A DNA stretch of 63,266 nt, filler included, from Octopus bimaculoides (lineage: Eukaryota), in NCBI RefSeq assembly GCF_001194135.2. It is 7 parts of 7 records of this genome, joined end to end, with 100 filler letters (N's around TTAATTAATTAA, not from the genome) between each part and the next. Parts side by side here need not be neighbours in the genome. Positions count along the whole stretch, not along the records: positions 1 to 15,062 come from NW_026399894.1; positions 15,163 to 22,208 come from NC_069002.1; positions 22,309 to 39,007 come from NC_068982.1; 4 more parts are not named here. One strand, given 5' to 3'. Both the position numbers and the translations under genes were made by a program. This document shows positions 12,624 to 25,499 of the stretch, piece after piece. Below the pieces are notes generated by a model. The model saw nothing but the letters and a program-made list of their open reading frames with translations, was not told the origin of the DNA and searched no databases. Every line of letters starts with the position of its first letter. The stretch's first letter is position 1.

Positions 12624-13024
12624 GGCGCAGGAGTGGCTGTGCGGTAAGTAGCTTGCTTACCAACCACATGGTTCCGGGTTCAGTTCCACTGCGTGGTGCT
12701 TTAGGCAAGTGTCTTCTACTATAGCCTCGGGCCGACCAAATCCGTATGAGTGGATTTGGCAGACGCAAACTGAAAGAAGCCCGTCGTATATATGTATGTG
12801 TATATATATATATGTGTGTATGTTTGTGTGTTTGTTTCCCCAACATCGCTTGACAACCGATGCTGGTGTAATTACGTCCCCGTAACTTAGTGGTTCGGCA
12901 AAAGAGACGGATATAATAAGTATTAGGCTTACAAAGAATAAGTCCTGGGGTCGATTTTCTCGACTAAAGGCGGTGCTCCAACGTGGCCGCAGTCAAATGA
13001 CTGAAACATGTACAAAGAGTAAAA
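12624..13024 (+). mobile_element. tRNA-derived SINE family A, full length, with internal (AT)/(GT) tract
   Basis: A-box/B-box-like head (ggttccgggttcagttcc), CORE-like ggcaagtgtc segment, tail gtcaaatgactgaaac..aaagagt; at least 8 related copies in the window. Confidence 0.92.
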
Positions 13025-15013
13025 ATAAATTATNNNNNNNNNNACACACACATACACACACAGATATAAGCATGTATGTGTCTGTATGTATGTATATCCC
13101 ATATGAACATACTTTCAAAAGTCTTAAGACAAAGACACATCTGTGGATTTAATGAATTTTAATTCAGTGGAAAATATATTTAAGAAGAAACTATACAAAA
13201 AATTTACAATTTATGATGAAATGTCGAGTTAAAATGAAGAGGCATTTTTGCGTATACATATATACAAGTATGTGCGTGTATATATATAAATGTATATATA
13301 TGTATATATATGTACATATATACATACATATATACATCTACATATATATATATACAGAGAGAGAGATACACACACGCATATATATATACATATATATTTA
13401 TATATATATAAATGCATACACCTACACTTAGACACACACATATATAAATATATATATATATATATTATGGATATATGTATATTATATTCTGTATGAATAT
13501 CTGTATAGAGTGGGAGTGTGTGTGCATGTGTGTATGTGAATACATGTGCTTATATGTGTATATGTATATGTTTGGAGAAGGCAAACCCGTGCAAATATGT
13601 AAGAATACGAGCGCACAAATGTTGATATATATATATATATATGCAAAGATAATCCTAAACATAGATATGCACACACACAAAAAAACTGAATATGAATTCA
13701 CATACATCCATAAAATATATATATATATATATATATAATATGCGTGCATACATGAATATATATATATATATATAGNNNNNNNNNNNNNNNNNNNNNNNNN
13801 NNNNNNNNNNNNNNNNNNNNNNNNNNNNNNNNNNNNNNNNNNNNNNNNNNNNNNNNNNNNNNNNNNNNNNNNNNNNNNNNNNNNNNNNNNNNNNNNNNNN
13901 NNNNNNNNNNNNNNNNNNNNNNNNNNNNNNNNNNNNNNNNNNNNNNNNNNNNNNNNNNNNNNNNNNNNNNNNNNNNNNNNNNNNNNNNNNNNNNNNNNNN
14001 NNNNNNNNNNNNNNNNNNNNNNNNNNNNNNNNNNNNNNNNNNNNNNNNNNNNNNNNNNNNNNNNNNNNNNNNNNNNNNNNNNNNNNNNNNNNNNNNNNNN
14101 NNNNNNNNNNNNNNNNNCCTTCTCTGATTTTTCTTTCCATCTGATGGAAGTGCTGGAGGCATTTTGAAGAATTGAAAAGATACAATTAAATAATTTAATC
14201 AAATCTGAAAATTTCCTACAAATTTTCGACTGTGAAAACTTTTCAAAATAATAAATATTATGTATTTATGCATTATTTTTGGAATTCTATTAATTTGCTT
14301 CTGCTAAGTCAATAAAACCAATCTTTATTAATTGTACAGGGTAGATAGTTGCACTGAAACACAAAAAACCCCAAAAAACCCCCAGAAAAAATACAATTTA
14401 ATAATAAAAATAATACTAAGTGGAAACAAACAAAAAGTTTACGGGGAAAATTTAGATGAATATATACATATTTGTGTATACATAGATGTATATACAAATT
14501 CACATATACACAGAGAGAAGTGTAGAAATATAAGTGAAACTGCATTAAGATGCAGAATCTTATTGTAAGAATATGTATACATATGCATCCTGTATGTATT
14601 TCTTTCCACATGTGCATTTACTGTTTTTTTTGTGTGTTTTTGTATATACGTTCAAATATTGATACGTGTGCGTATATATCAATGCATGCATACATAAATA
14701 CATTCATATTTGTAACTATATATACATATATATATATAGGTAAAATATATATGTAATTGTTTGTAAGTATGAATATATATATACACACACACATATATAT
14801 ATACATATCCACATATACACACACACACACACACACATAAATATATATATATCAAGTGTTGTTTCGGTATGTATATGTATATAAATAAGTGTGGGGCGTG
14901 ATAGTTCTTATATGTTTAATCCATGAATGTCAATATGTATATATGTTCCTCAGAAGATACATCAGACAATATTTCTATCTCAACATGCATACATACAAGA
15001 ATGTCTATGTGTA

Positions 15014-15062
<49 letters not shown>

Positions 15063-15162
15063 NNNNNNNNNNNNNNNNNNNNNNNNNNNNNNNNNNNNNN
15101 NNNNNNTTAATTAATTAANNNNNNNNNNNNNNNNNNNNNNNNNNNNNNNNNNNNNNNNNNNN
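15063..15162. other. Assembly linker N44-TTAATTAATTAA-N44; also centred at 22253, 39052, 46389, 50159 and 60748
   Basis: Six identical 100-bp units; the 12-mer is palindromic with stops in all six frames. Confidence 0.95.
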
Positions 15163-15620
15163 AAAATAAAAAATAAAAACAGTAACGAAGAAAAGAAAAA
15201 GAATTCTTAAAAGATTCATTAATTATCCCGCCACCGACCCATCCACCACCCGTCGCCACCAACCCTCAGTCCCTTAACCCATCCCCACCCCCTTCTCTTC
15301 TACTCCCTCCCTCTGTCTCACTCTCCTTTCCCCCCACCCTTCCTCACAGTTTTAATGGTTAGAGAGACATTATCAATCTCTCTAATAGACACATCTCTCC
15401 AGCCTCCCCATCTCACTTGCCACACCTGATTCTCACTTTGACTTTTGTTTCATATTTTTCTTTTTTTTCCTTCATTCCTCTCTTGTCGTTAAAATAAATT
15501 CAACTAAGTGATATTAACATTAAATTTCCATTTCTCAAAACACACGCACACACACAACACATATAGCATACATGTATATTATATATATATAACACACACA
15601 CATATTACATATACCACGCA

Positions 15621-15656
<36 letters not shown>

Positions 15657-15758
15657 CATATTACATACAGCTCACACATACACAAACACACACTACATGT
15701 ATAGCATACATATATATTACACATAACATGTATAACACACACAAGTACTGTTGCCTAT

Positions 15759-15793
<35 letters not shown>

Positions 15794-16893
15794 CACATGC
15801 ATATATTATATACATACACACATACATATTACACACACATGCACAAACATATATGCATACATGCATTACACACATCACACACATTATGTAACACAGCTAC
15901 ATTACACATATACACGTACTTGTTATATGTAACACACACACACGTATTAAATATATGGCACACACGCACACACACATGCATACATTACATAGTTTTTGTA
16001 TTGTTTTGATTTTTAATTAAGCTCAAAACTTGTTTTCCATTTACGAAACACAATTAGCATAATTGTCGTTTTATTCAAATCAAACTGGTTCCTTACCAAA
16101 AGTCCTTCTTCTTCATCATCCTCTTCCTCCTTTTCCACTACTTGTTGTTGTTGTTCTTCTTCTCCTCCTCCACCTCCTCTTCGCTTCCACACCAAATACA
16201 AATGGTAGTTTTTGGTATTTTGCAGAGTATTGCAACACTTCTTTTGATTTCTTCCATGGATTTGTAGCTTTGAAGGTGCAAGAAAATTGGGCAATTGCAC
16301 CACCACCACCACCACCATCGCAACCAATATTACTATCACTACCACTACTACTACCATTCCCCACCACCACTACCACCATCACATACCTGAATGATTGTTA
16401 GGTTGATAGCCTGGCATTGTTCTTCTCATGTACATTCTAACGATGTGCAACTGGCATTTATTTTCATTGACCAAGTAGACAGACAAATAGCCGTGTTGCA
16501 TTCATTGTTAGACACAAATCTATCCTGCGACTATGAACATACTAGTAATCACTGTATGTGCATGCATGCATGTGAATGAGTGCATGTGTGTGTGTGTGCA
16601 TGTATGCATGTATACACATGTTGGTGTTAGTGTAAGCATCTCTTCAGCTGAAACAACCCGAGAGGAGTTAAAAGGAGCATAGAGATTGCGAATATATTGG
16701 TATTCTGACTTTAAAGAGAATCGGTAGGGATGGCTACTTTACTGACAGCATCGGTGCTAGCAAATAATACAGTTTCCAAACTGCAAAACCACATCAGTTC
16801 CCCCACCCCCCACCCTCTGCTGCCATTTAAGATACCGACGCTATCTGTTTCTCCTTTTACTATCCGAAATCCATATTCTAAAGAGGTTTGTAG

Positions 16894-16927
<34 letters not shown>

Positions 16928-17113
16928 ACACACAGCGGTCTGTGTGTTTTAATGGGCAGATAAAATGTTGGTAGCTGTCTTCTGTTCAGGTATGGTTAGC
17001 CATTGCAAGCAACTCTGAGAGAAATGCTTTGAAAAAAATAAAACCTGTTGAATGGTCATGAATAGTCATTCCATCTCTTTGACAGACAGGTTTTATTGTT
17101 AATCCAGCAGCGT

Positions 17114-17144
<31 letters not shown>

Positions 17145-17449
17145 TTCTTTAACCCACAAAAATGGGCATGAGAAGGTGGTGGCGGCAGTGGCGGTGGTGC
17201 AGTTTTGTTGCCAACTGTCCGACTTTGTGACTGGTTGTACTGTGTTACATAGTACTTTGTGGTAAGTAAAATCCTGACCAAATAGAGCAAATATCATCAC
17301 CGTTATCATTACCCACCACCACCACCACTGATATCATCATCATCATCATCATCATCATCACCTCTGCCACTGCAAATATCCTCTGCAACATCACCACCAC
17401 TATCATCATCATCATTTTAGGATTCACTTTTCTATGCTTGTGTATCATC

Positions 17450-17700
17450 ACTATCATTATCATTTGGCATCCGGTTTCCAGACAATGACTGGAACAAGCT
17501 CCAGTTTGATTTTGGCTTGGTTTCTATGGCTGGATGCCCTTCCTAATGCCAACCACTCCAAGAGTGTAGTGGGTGCCTGTAGTGTGTCACCATCACAAGT
17601 GTCTTTTGCATGTCACTGTGACAGACCCCCTTTTACGTGTCACTGTAATGGGTGCCTTTTATGTGCCACCAGCACAACCCACAACTCCGGTTTCACTTGG
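17450..17700 (-). mobile_element. Diverged RTE-tail-related fragment
   Basis: Carries ggctggatgcccttcctaatgccaaccact, shared with the RTE tails. Confidence 0.6.
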
Positions 17701-18225
17701 CCTGACAAGTCTTCTCAAGCTTGCATAGGCTCGATGAAATTTGTTGAGGCAGTTTTTTTTTTCTTTCTTTTTCTGAATATGGCTGGATGCTCTACCTGTC
17801 ACCAACATTCACCTGTTTCCAAGTATATCAATATTCCTGCTTAAGGCAGGAAGCTGGCAGAATCATTATCATGCCAGGCAAAATGCTTTGTGGCATTTTG
17901 TCCATTTTTACGTTTTGTGTTCAAATTCCACTGAGGTTGACTCTGCTGCTTATCCTTTGAGGGTCACCCCCTGCTGAAATTGCTAGCCTTGTGCCAAAAT
18001 TCGAAATCAATATTTTTGTTAGTCCTTTGAACTTGAACAGCACAATGACTGGACATGTTTTCACAAGAGATTGCTAACAAATGTCACAGATGGTGCATGA
18101 TGTCAATACAAGGAGACATGAATTCACACGCACACACACACACACCTATATATTTATGATATATATGTGTATGCATATATATATATATATATATATATAC
18201 ATAGATAGATATAAGATATATACAC

Positions 18226-19113
18226 GTGTACGAACAGCCATGCTACATGGCAGTGAAACATGGGCTGTTACTGCTGAGGACATGCGTAAGCTCGCAAGGA
18301 ATGAAGCCAGTATGCTCCGTTGGATGTGTAATGTTGTGGTGTGCAAGAGAGACGATTGCGCTGGTATGGACATGTGGTGAGAATGGATGAGGATAGCTGC
18401 GTGAAAAAGTGCCACACCCTAACAGTTGAGGGAACCCGTGGAAGAGGTAGNNNNNNNNNNNNNNNNNNNNNNNNNNNNNNNNNNNNNNNNNNNNNNNNNN
18501 NNNNNNNNNNNNNNNNNNNNNNNNNNNNNNNNNNNNNNNNNNNNNNNNNNNNNNNNNNNNNNNNNNNNNNNNNNNNNNNNNNNNNNNNNNNNNNNNNNNN
18601 NNNNNNNNNNNNNNNNNNNNNNNNNNNNNNNNNNNNNNNNNNNNNNNNNNNNNNNNNNNNNNNNNNNNNNNNNNNNNNNNNNNNNNNNNNNNNNNNNNNN
18701 NNNNNNNNNNNNNNNNNNNNNNNNNNNNNNNNNNNNNNNNNNNNNNNNNNNNNNNNNNNNNNNNNNNNNNNNNNNNNNNNNNNNNNNNNNNNNNNNNNNN
18801 NNNNNNATACGATTTTCAAGCGAGATCGTTGCTAGTGCCCCTGGACTGGCTCTTGTGCGGGTGGCACATAAAAGACACCATTTCGAGCGTGGCCGTTGCC
18901 AGTATCGCCTGACTGGCCTTCGTGTGGGTGACACGTAAAAGCACCTACTACACTCTCTGAGTGGTTGGCGTTAGGAAGGGCATCCAGCTGTAGAAACTCT
19001 GCCAAGTTTAGATTGGAGCCTGGTGTTGCCATCCGGTTTCACCAGTCCTCAGTCAAATCGTCCAACCCATGCTAGCATGGAAAGTGGACGTTAAACGATG
19101 ATGATGATGATGA
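18226..19113 (+). mobile_element. RTE LINE 3' fragment spanning a gap
   Basis: VRTAMLHGSETWAV, RRLRWYGHVVRM; same tail; about 64-nt internal deletion relative to the 59221-59300 copy. Confidence 0.9.
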
Positions 19114-19184
19114 TATATATATATTTACATCTATCTATAAATATACTCACACATGTGCATATACACACACACATATATATCATC

Positions 19185-19540
19185 ATCATCATCATTGCTT
19201 AATAGCCACTCTCCATGCCGGCATGGGTTGAATGGTTTGACATGGAGCTGGCTTGCAGGGAGCTGTCCAGACTCCAACACTGTTCGTTGTGACATGGATT
19301 CTATGGCTGGATGCCCTTCCTAAAGCCAACCACTTAGCAGAGTGTGCTGGGTATTTTTTATGTGTCACCATCACGGGTGCTTTAATACAGCACCAGCACA
19401 GGTGCCTTTTAAGTGGCACCGGCACCTGATAGGGCCAGCCTGTATGTGCAGAAGACAGCGATTCTACTTAGCTTGATGTGTCTTATCAAATACAGCAAAT
19501 CACATCTCCCAGTCCCTTGTCATTTTCTATGGCACACTTC
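19185..19540 (-). mobile_element. Diverged RTE-tail-related fragment
   Basis: (CAT)n, then ccatgccggcatgggttg and ggctggatgcccttcctaaagccaaccac. Confidence 0.6.
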
Positions 19541-21049
19541 TTTCGGTTTCCATTTACCAAATCCATTGGTATGGCTTTCATCGTTGTAGTAGAAGGTATT
19601 TGTTGAAGGACTGAACCCAAAGCCCCTCCATGTGTGTTGAGAAGCAAACTTCTTAACGTTGTATGCCCCATCCTTGCACCTAACTAAAGAACTGGATTTC
19701 CATCTTCTTGCTAAATTCTTAAATCTGCCGCTTTAAAACACACTATGATGACAAACAAACTATTAACCTATAATTCTACTGATATACATGTTAACCATGC
19801 AGCTTCCTCCATTCATTTCAACATTACATTTAATGTAGCCTTTTAATTCGTATACATTTATTGTGCATGACTTTTACTAATATGAAATATGTTCGATTCT
19901 CTATTTCAAAAAGCAAGAAAAAAACTTCAAAACCTCAATTTATTGTTTAATCTCATTAGGATTTTCAAAGAAAATTTTCTCTATATAACAGATTTTGTTT
20001 TTTTTCAATTATGAAACTTCATCTACAGATATTTGATCTGATAAAGCCATTTCGATTAGGTTTTATTTTTATTTTATTCCAACTTTGTTTTATTTTATTT
20101 TATTTCACTTTTATATGTAACTAAATAGAGTTCTGTTTTTGTTTTCTGTTGTTTTTTGTTTGTTTGGTGTCTTTTTTTGTTTTTTTGTGAAGAATATTTT
20201 TGCTTTCGTTGTTCTATGTTGTGTTACTTGACAGTTGATTGAAAGACAGAAAGATACATGAAAATGGTTATTACATGCATAAAGAAGGATTATAGCTTTA
20301 AAAAAAAGTGATAAAAGTGATTTGCAAGGATTTTCAAGCAATTTTTATATTTGTTCTTTGATTCTGACAGAAAAATTTAGAATTTTATTAGAAACACAGT
20401 ATTTCATGATTCCCTGGCACTAACACTGGATTTTGACTTGGTGAAGCCCTAAGTTGTAGCATCTTTACTTTATACCGAAATTTAGTACTGCCTGGCACCA
20501 CTTAAATAATTCTTCACCCAAATATATATTAGAATGGTTTCTGTTGTTGTTTAGCATTATATCAGTCCTGATCAAGAAAACTTTTCATTGAAGACATTCT
20601 AGCCAAGCCCATCTCACCTTTTTCCCAGTTATAGTATCCCTAGAATTACAATATTCTGTGTTTTTCACTGTTTAAGTTAATACAGTGTGGCTTGAAGGAG
20701 ATTTGGTTGCCATTTCTAGCAGGTTGATTAACCACTTAAAAATTTGTTCGCTGATTCATAAGAGTTAAAGTTCTTGGTTAATTTCAACATAAGGGATTCT
20801 ACTTAAGATTTCAAGGAACCCTAAACGTGTCAGAATGCTGCAGTGCTGTTCTAAATATCTACCATTGCTTCTTTTAGGTTATGTGAGGTCAGGTATTCGT
20901 AACTTTATGTTCACAATTATCAGTGTAGAGAAGGCTGATCTCAGAGACAAGAGGCCTGGATACCTGATGATATCCTGTTCTCAAGATCAACCCACCTCAA
21001 TTTCGGGCCTTGTGCCTAGAATAGAAAATAATAATAATAGGGGGAGGAG

Positions 21050-21222
21050 ACACTTGTCGATTAGTTCAACCCCAGTATTTCACTGGTACTTAATTCATCG
21101 ACTTAGGAAGGATAAAAGGCAAAGTTGACCGTGGTGAAATTTGAGCTCAGAACATAGAGACAGACAAAATGCCACCAAGCACTTTGCCCAGCATGCTAAC
21201 TCTTCTGCCAGCTCACTGCCTA
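21050..21222 (-). mobile_element. SINE family C copy
   Basis: Reverse complement homologous to 30061-30230. Confidence 0.7.
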
Positions 21223-21602
21223 AATAATGATGTTGATGATGATGACAACAATGAAGTGGTGGTGGTGGTGGTGGTGGTGGTGGTGGATTCGATGGCAGTG
21301 TTGCTGGTGGTAAATCTCTTGAGAGTACTTTGTTTCAAGGTCGCAATTTTCTAGCCGGATCTATTGTAGATCAAATGTTCTTCACTCAAACCTTATTCTG
21401 CCCAGCAGGGTAGATTTCTTGCACACATATTAATTTCACAAGCAGACTGTTCCAGTGATTGGATCAACTGGAACCCTCATAACCAAGGGAGTGCTGGTTA
21501 AGATTCATTAAACAGGTAGGAGGGCTGTTGGCTGACAAGACACAATGATTTCAAAACCACAGGTGTTCCAGTGTCCCTGAATTTAGTGTGTTATGAACAT
21601 AC

Positions 21603-21665
21603 ATTCATCATAAAGAAGTTATTCACTTGTGACAGAACACAAGAGTGATTTTTATATTCATATTC
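21603..21665 (-). CDS. Probable exon (63 nt, phase 0-0): EYEYKNHSCVLSQVNNFFMMN
   Basis: Donor aat|gtatgt; acceptor tttttaacttgtcctagcagacag, where only the third AG keeps the frame open, which lowers confidence. Confidence 0.42.
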
Positions 21666-21968
21666 CTGTCTGCTAGGACAAGTTAAAAATAGATATGCAA
21701 GTCATTGTTTAATAAAGTAGTCAAGCAAGAAATCTAAATGTCCTTTATTTGCTGTCCCAGTTCGTGTTAGTGAGGTGTGTTAACGAACTGTTACTATGGT
21801 TTATTAATAAACTTATAACTCCATTTGAATAGTGGCAAACACACATTTGAAATTAAAACACGATAAAATCTAAGTCTACTTTTTGTCTGTTCTGTTTGCA
21901 TTTTCTTGCCATGACTCTCTGCTCAACCATAACTTCAATCTTTGTATGTATATATGTGTGTATATATA

Positions 21969-22208
21969 TCATCATCATCATCATCATCGTTTAACGTCCG
22001 CTTTCCATGCTAGCATGGGTTGGACGATTTGACTGAGGACTGGTGAAACCGGATGGCAACACCAGGCTCCAGTCTGATTTGGCAGAGTTTCTACAGTTGG
22101 ATGCCCTTCCTAACGCCAACCACTCAGAGAGTGTAGTGGGTGCTTTTACGTGTCACCCGCACGAAAACGGCCACGCTCGAAATGGTGTCTTTTATGTGCC
22201 ACCCGCAC
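21969..22208 (-). mobile_element. RTE 3' UTR/tail fragment
   Basis: Reverse complement of 18870-19113. Confidence 0.88.
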
Positions 22209-22559
22209 NNNNNNNNNNNNNNNNNNNNNNNNNNNNNNNNNNNNNNNNNNNNTTAATTAATTAANNNNNNNNNNNNNNNNNNNNNNNNNNNNNNNNNNNN
22301 NNNNNNNNGTCATGCCGTGTGACTGAATCCGGACCCATTTAGTTTGGAAGCAAGCTTCTTACCACACAGCAACACCTGCGCCTATATATATAAATACACA
22401 CACATACATTCTTACATACGTATATATAAATGAAAAAGACACAATCCCAAAATTTCATTGCAAATTAGCTTAGGATTAATTCTTCTTCATCCGGCCTAAT
22501 GTCCCTTATTCTCAAGGGTACCGAGTAGAGTTTACAGAAGCAGTAATGCGCTGTCTTCG

Positions 22560-23210
22560 GTAATGTCGAAAACGGCCACTTTAGACAAGACTGACGAAAC
22601 AAATCCTTGACATATTCTCCTTTGAATGACTTTCGCTACTGCGGACATAATTGCAACGATTATCAAAATTAATCCGTATTCAGAAGTGGGCTCTCACAAG
22701 TTCCCCCGCAATGATAATGAAGGATTGCAGACGATGACTTGACTATCCTCTTGCAAAACACTGGAGGGATTCGCTGAACTCCGGTGTTATTTTCAGACAT
22801 TGTTTTTTCCAGTTATATCATCTCTGTTTTAAAATTGCTCGCAGTGAAATTACCACGCAGCTTCACTAAACTTTCTTGTCATTAAAGTGCAACGGAGGAT
22901 TATGTGATCACAAAGCCTTCCTAGACAGATTGGCCTTCTTGATTCCAATTAACATGCACTGAAAGAAAACTATAACACAGATGTAATTTACCTTGACTTC
23001 AATGAAGCTTTCGGTGAAGTCGCCTACCGAGTTCCCTTGAAGAAATTATCCAATATCGGAGATTTTGTAATCTATTGTACATAAATGCCGACATATTCTA
23101 ATCGCCGGAAATCAGTCAAGACCAGTAAAATCACCAGTGGCATTCCCCCAGGGTACATGGTAGAGACACTTTTGTCTCTCATTACAAAAAATGATATTGG
23201 AAATGCCATA
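22560..23210 (+). mobile_element. Ancient CR1/L2-group LINE RT relic
   Basis: DVIYLDFNEAFGEV at 22980 and TSGIP-QG (1-nt insertion) at about 23130-23155. Confidence 0.65.
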
Positions 23211-24709
23211 AGAATGTACTAATTGATGCAAACTAACTTTTAGAAATTACTTTTTCACCGACCCCCTCACACACAGGCGCGCGCAAACACACACAGAGTT
23301 CTATACCAAGCAAGCAAGGAAAATACCTAATATACTCAACCGGAAAAGTGTTGAACATTACAAAACTGGGAAAATTCCAAATCAATACTGGAAATCACGA
23401 GGCACTCTATCACATAGGGTGAGATGAATATTCATAACCTGAATACATTTTCTTCCAATAACTTCCAATCCTCTTAAATATTGGGTAAAAAAATTAATGA
23501 AAAATGTATTAATAAATTATAGAAGCAACTGAAGGGAATAAATAAATATATACATATATACATGATAAATAAATATGTCGACCAATTCTTATGCCAGAAT
23601 CTTTTAATAATAACACGATCTCCGCTGACTTAGAATTCTATACCTTCTCTAACCATGGTAAATAGTGTTTCAGAAATCGCAATCATTGACTGACGTGTAC
23701 TGAAAACTGGCATTTCTATTCATTCTCCTGAGGTAATTTGAATAGCCTCGATTTGAGATAAAAGGCAATAATCTAAAGAAATCAATTCAGATATCGATTA
23801 ATCGATGGTGATGTTAGTTGCACTCGGCAGCAGACGTATCAGAGCCATCATAATCAGTAGTCATAGCAAAGGCAACGATGTTAGCTATGTCATTATCATA
23901 TATATTATATGATGATCAAAGAATCATGTGCGTGTGGAAGTGGTGAAGCACCGGACGAAATGATTTTGAATGATTTTTATTACCTCCATTTAGGTTCCGA
24001 ATTTAAATCCGGTTGCCGAAAGTGTGCATAGCCTTCTGTTATGGGAGTCAGCAAACGTGTACCTGTAACGTTTTTGGTTGCTTTAATAAAGAATCGCCAT
24101 TCACTTAAGCTTGCTAATATATATCTTTTTTTATTATAAAACATTACATTTTGGAGTCAGGTACGACGTAGCTGTAGAAATACTGACTTATCGACACGTT
24201 ATCACTGTCATTCGATGTTCTTGCAAATTATTGTATAACATAAAATTCTTGGAATCATCAAAACGTCTACTTCTCAGTCTCCCACAAACTCGTGATGATG
24301 GTGATACCAACAAACATCCTTTCCGAATTGAATTGGGCCTTTACTTCTGATGCTAGTCTTCAATTAATCTGTAATTAAGAAGGCGTGAAACAAGGTAGGA
24401 TTATCTGTATGGGTAGAGTTAAAATCACTCTTGCAAGCAATTAAAATACTATAGGGAGATTCCAAAAGAAAGAAGAAAAATGGAAAGATGTAAAATACAT
24501 TATAGAGTTAAAATAACTATATGAATAAATGGATGACACCAATGCCCACAAATACGAGGGCCTCCAACTAGGTTAATATGAGGATACTTACAGATCCAAT
24601 ATCACTATAACCAATAAAGTTTCCCCATTTGAAATTGTTGTTTCAGATCTACAAGTTCATGATTAGAGTACAACCGTAGACTGTAACCATTTTCACCATA
24701 ATCACTCAC

Positions 24710-24842
24710 GTTTTGATATGAAAGGATAACTCGTTTCACTTTCACCTTCCTTTCCGAGTAAAACTTGAAAAAGTCGGTGAGGACTTGATAGAAAGAAAGG
24801 TGACTTCTCTCAATACTCCAAGCTTTCTGCAGATTCACCAAC
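24710..24842 (-). CDS. Internal coding exon (133 nt, phase 2-0): LVNLQKAWSIERSHLSFYQVLTDFFKFYSERKVKVKRVILSYQN
   Basis: Acceptor ttttttctgttatgcag, donor aac|gtgagt; only one frame is open; aa|g completes a Lys codon with the 41208 exon. Confidence 0.7.
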
Positions 24843-24975
24843 CTGCATAACAGAAAAAAATAACTGCCAATGCGTATATGCGTACATACAAAGAAAGCAC
24901 AGTAAGGACTAAATATTCAATACATAAAATCGAAAGTTATTTTAAAAATATGTGAATTATAATATGTAAATGATA

Positions 24976-25372
24976 CCAGCCACATGGTCCCTGGTTCAGT
25001 CCCACTGCGTGGCACCTTGGGCAAGTGTCTTCTACTATAGCCTCGGGCCGACCAAATCCTTGTGAGTGGATTTGGTAGGCGGAAATTGGAAGAAGCCCGT
25101 CGTATATGTATATATATATATATGTATGTGTGTGTATATGTTTGTGTGTCTGTTTGCCCCCCCCCCCACCGCCAGCATCGCTTGACAACCGCTGCTGGTG
25201 TGTTTGCGTCCCCGTAACTTAGCGGTTCGACAAAAAGAGACCGATATAATAAGTACTAGGCTTACAAAGAATAAGCTCTGGGGTCGATTTGCTCGACTAT
25301 AAAGGCGGTGCTCCAGCATGGCCGCAGTCAAATGACTGAAACAAGTAAAAGAGTAAAGGAGTAAAAGAGTAA
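24976..25372 (+). mobile_element. SINE family A copy
   Basis: High similarity to 12624-13024; (AAAGAGT)-like tail. Confidence 0.92.
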
Positions 25373-25499
25373 TACTCTATTTCTAACGTCCTGCCAGAAT
25401 GTAGACCAGAATAAAAATCAACAAGAGTGTAAAAACAAAAAATTGTAGTAGCTCTGATTTTCATAACGCAGATAAGCGAGTCTCCAATGAACTACATGA

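Noticed and set aside
12624-12700. tRNA-like heads (also at 30061, 36365, 62447)
   Set aside because: A/B boxes are present but there is no cloverleaf, and each continues into a multi-copy SINE body.
16711-16929. ORF containing EYGFRIVKGETDSVGIL
   Set aside because: At most a faint RT relic (Q.GFR..R.T.D); too degenerate to call and not a host exon.
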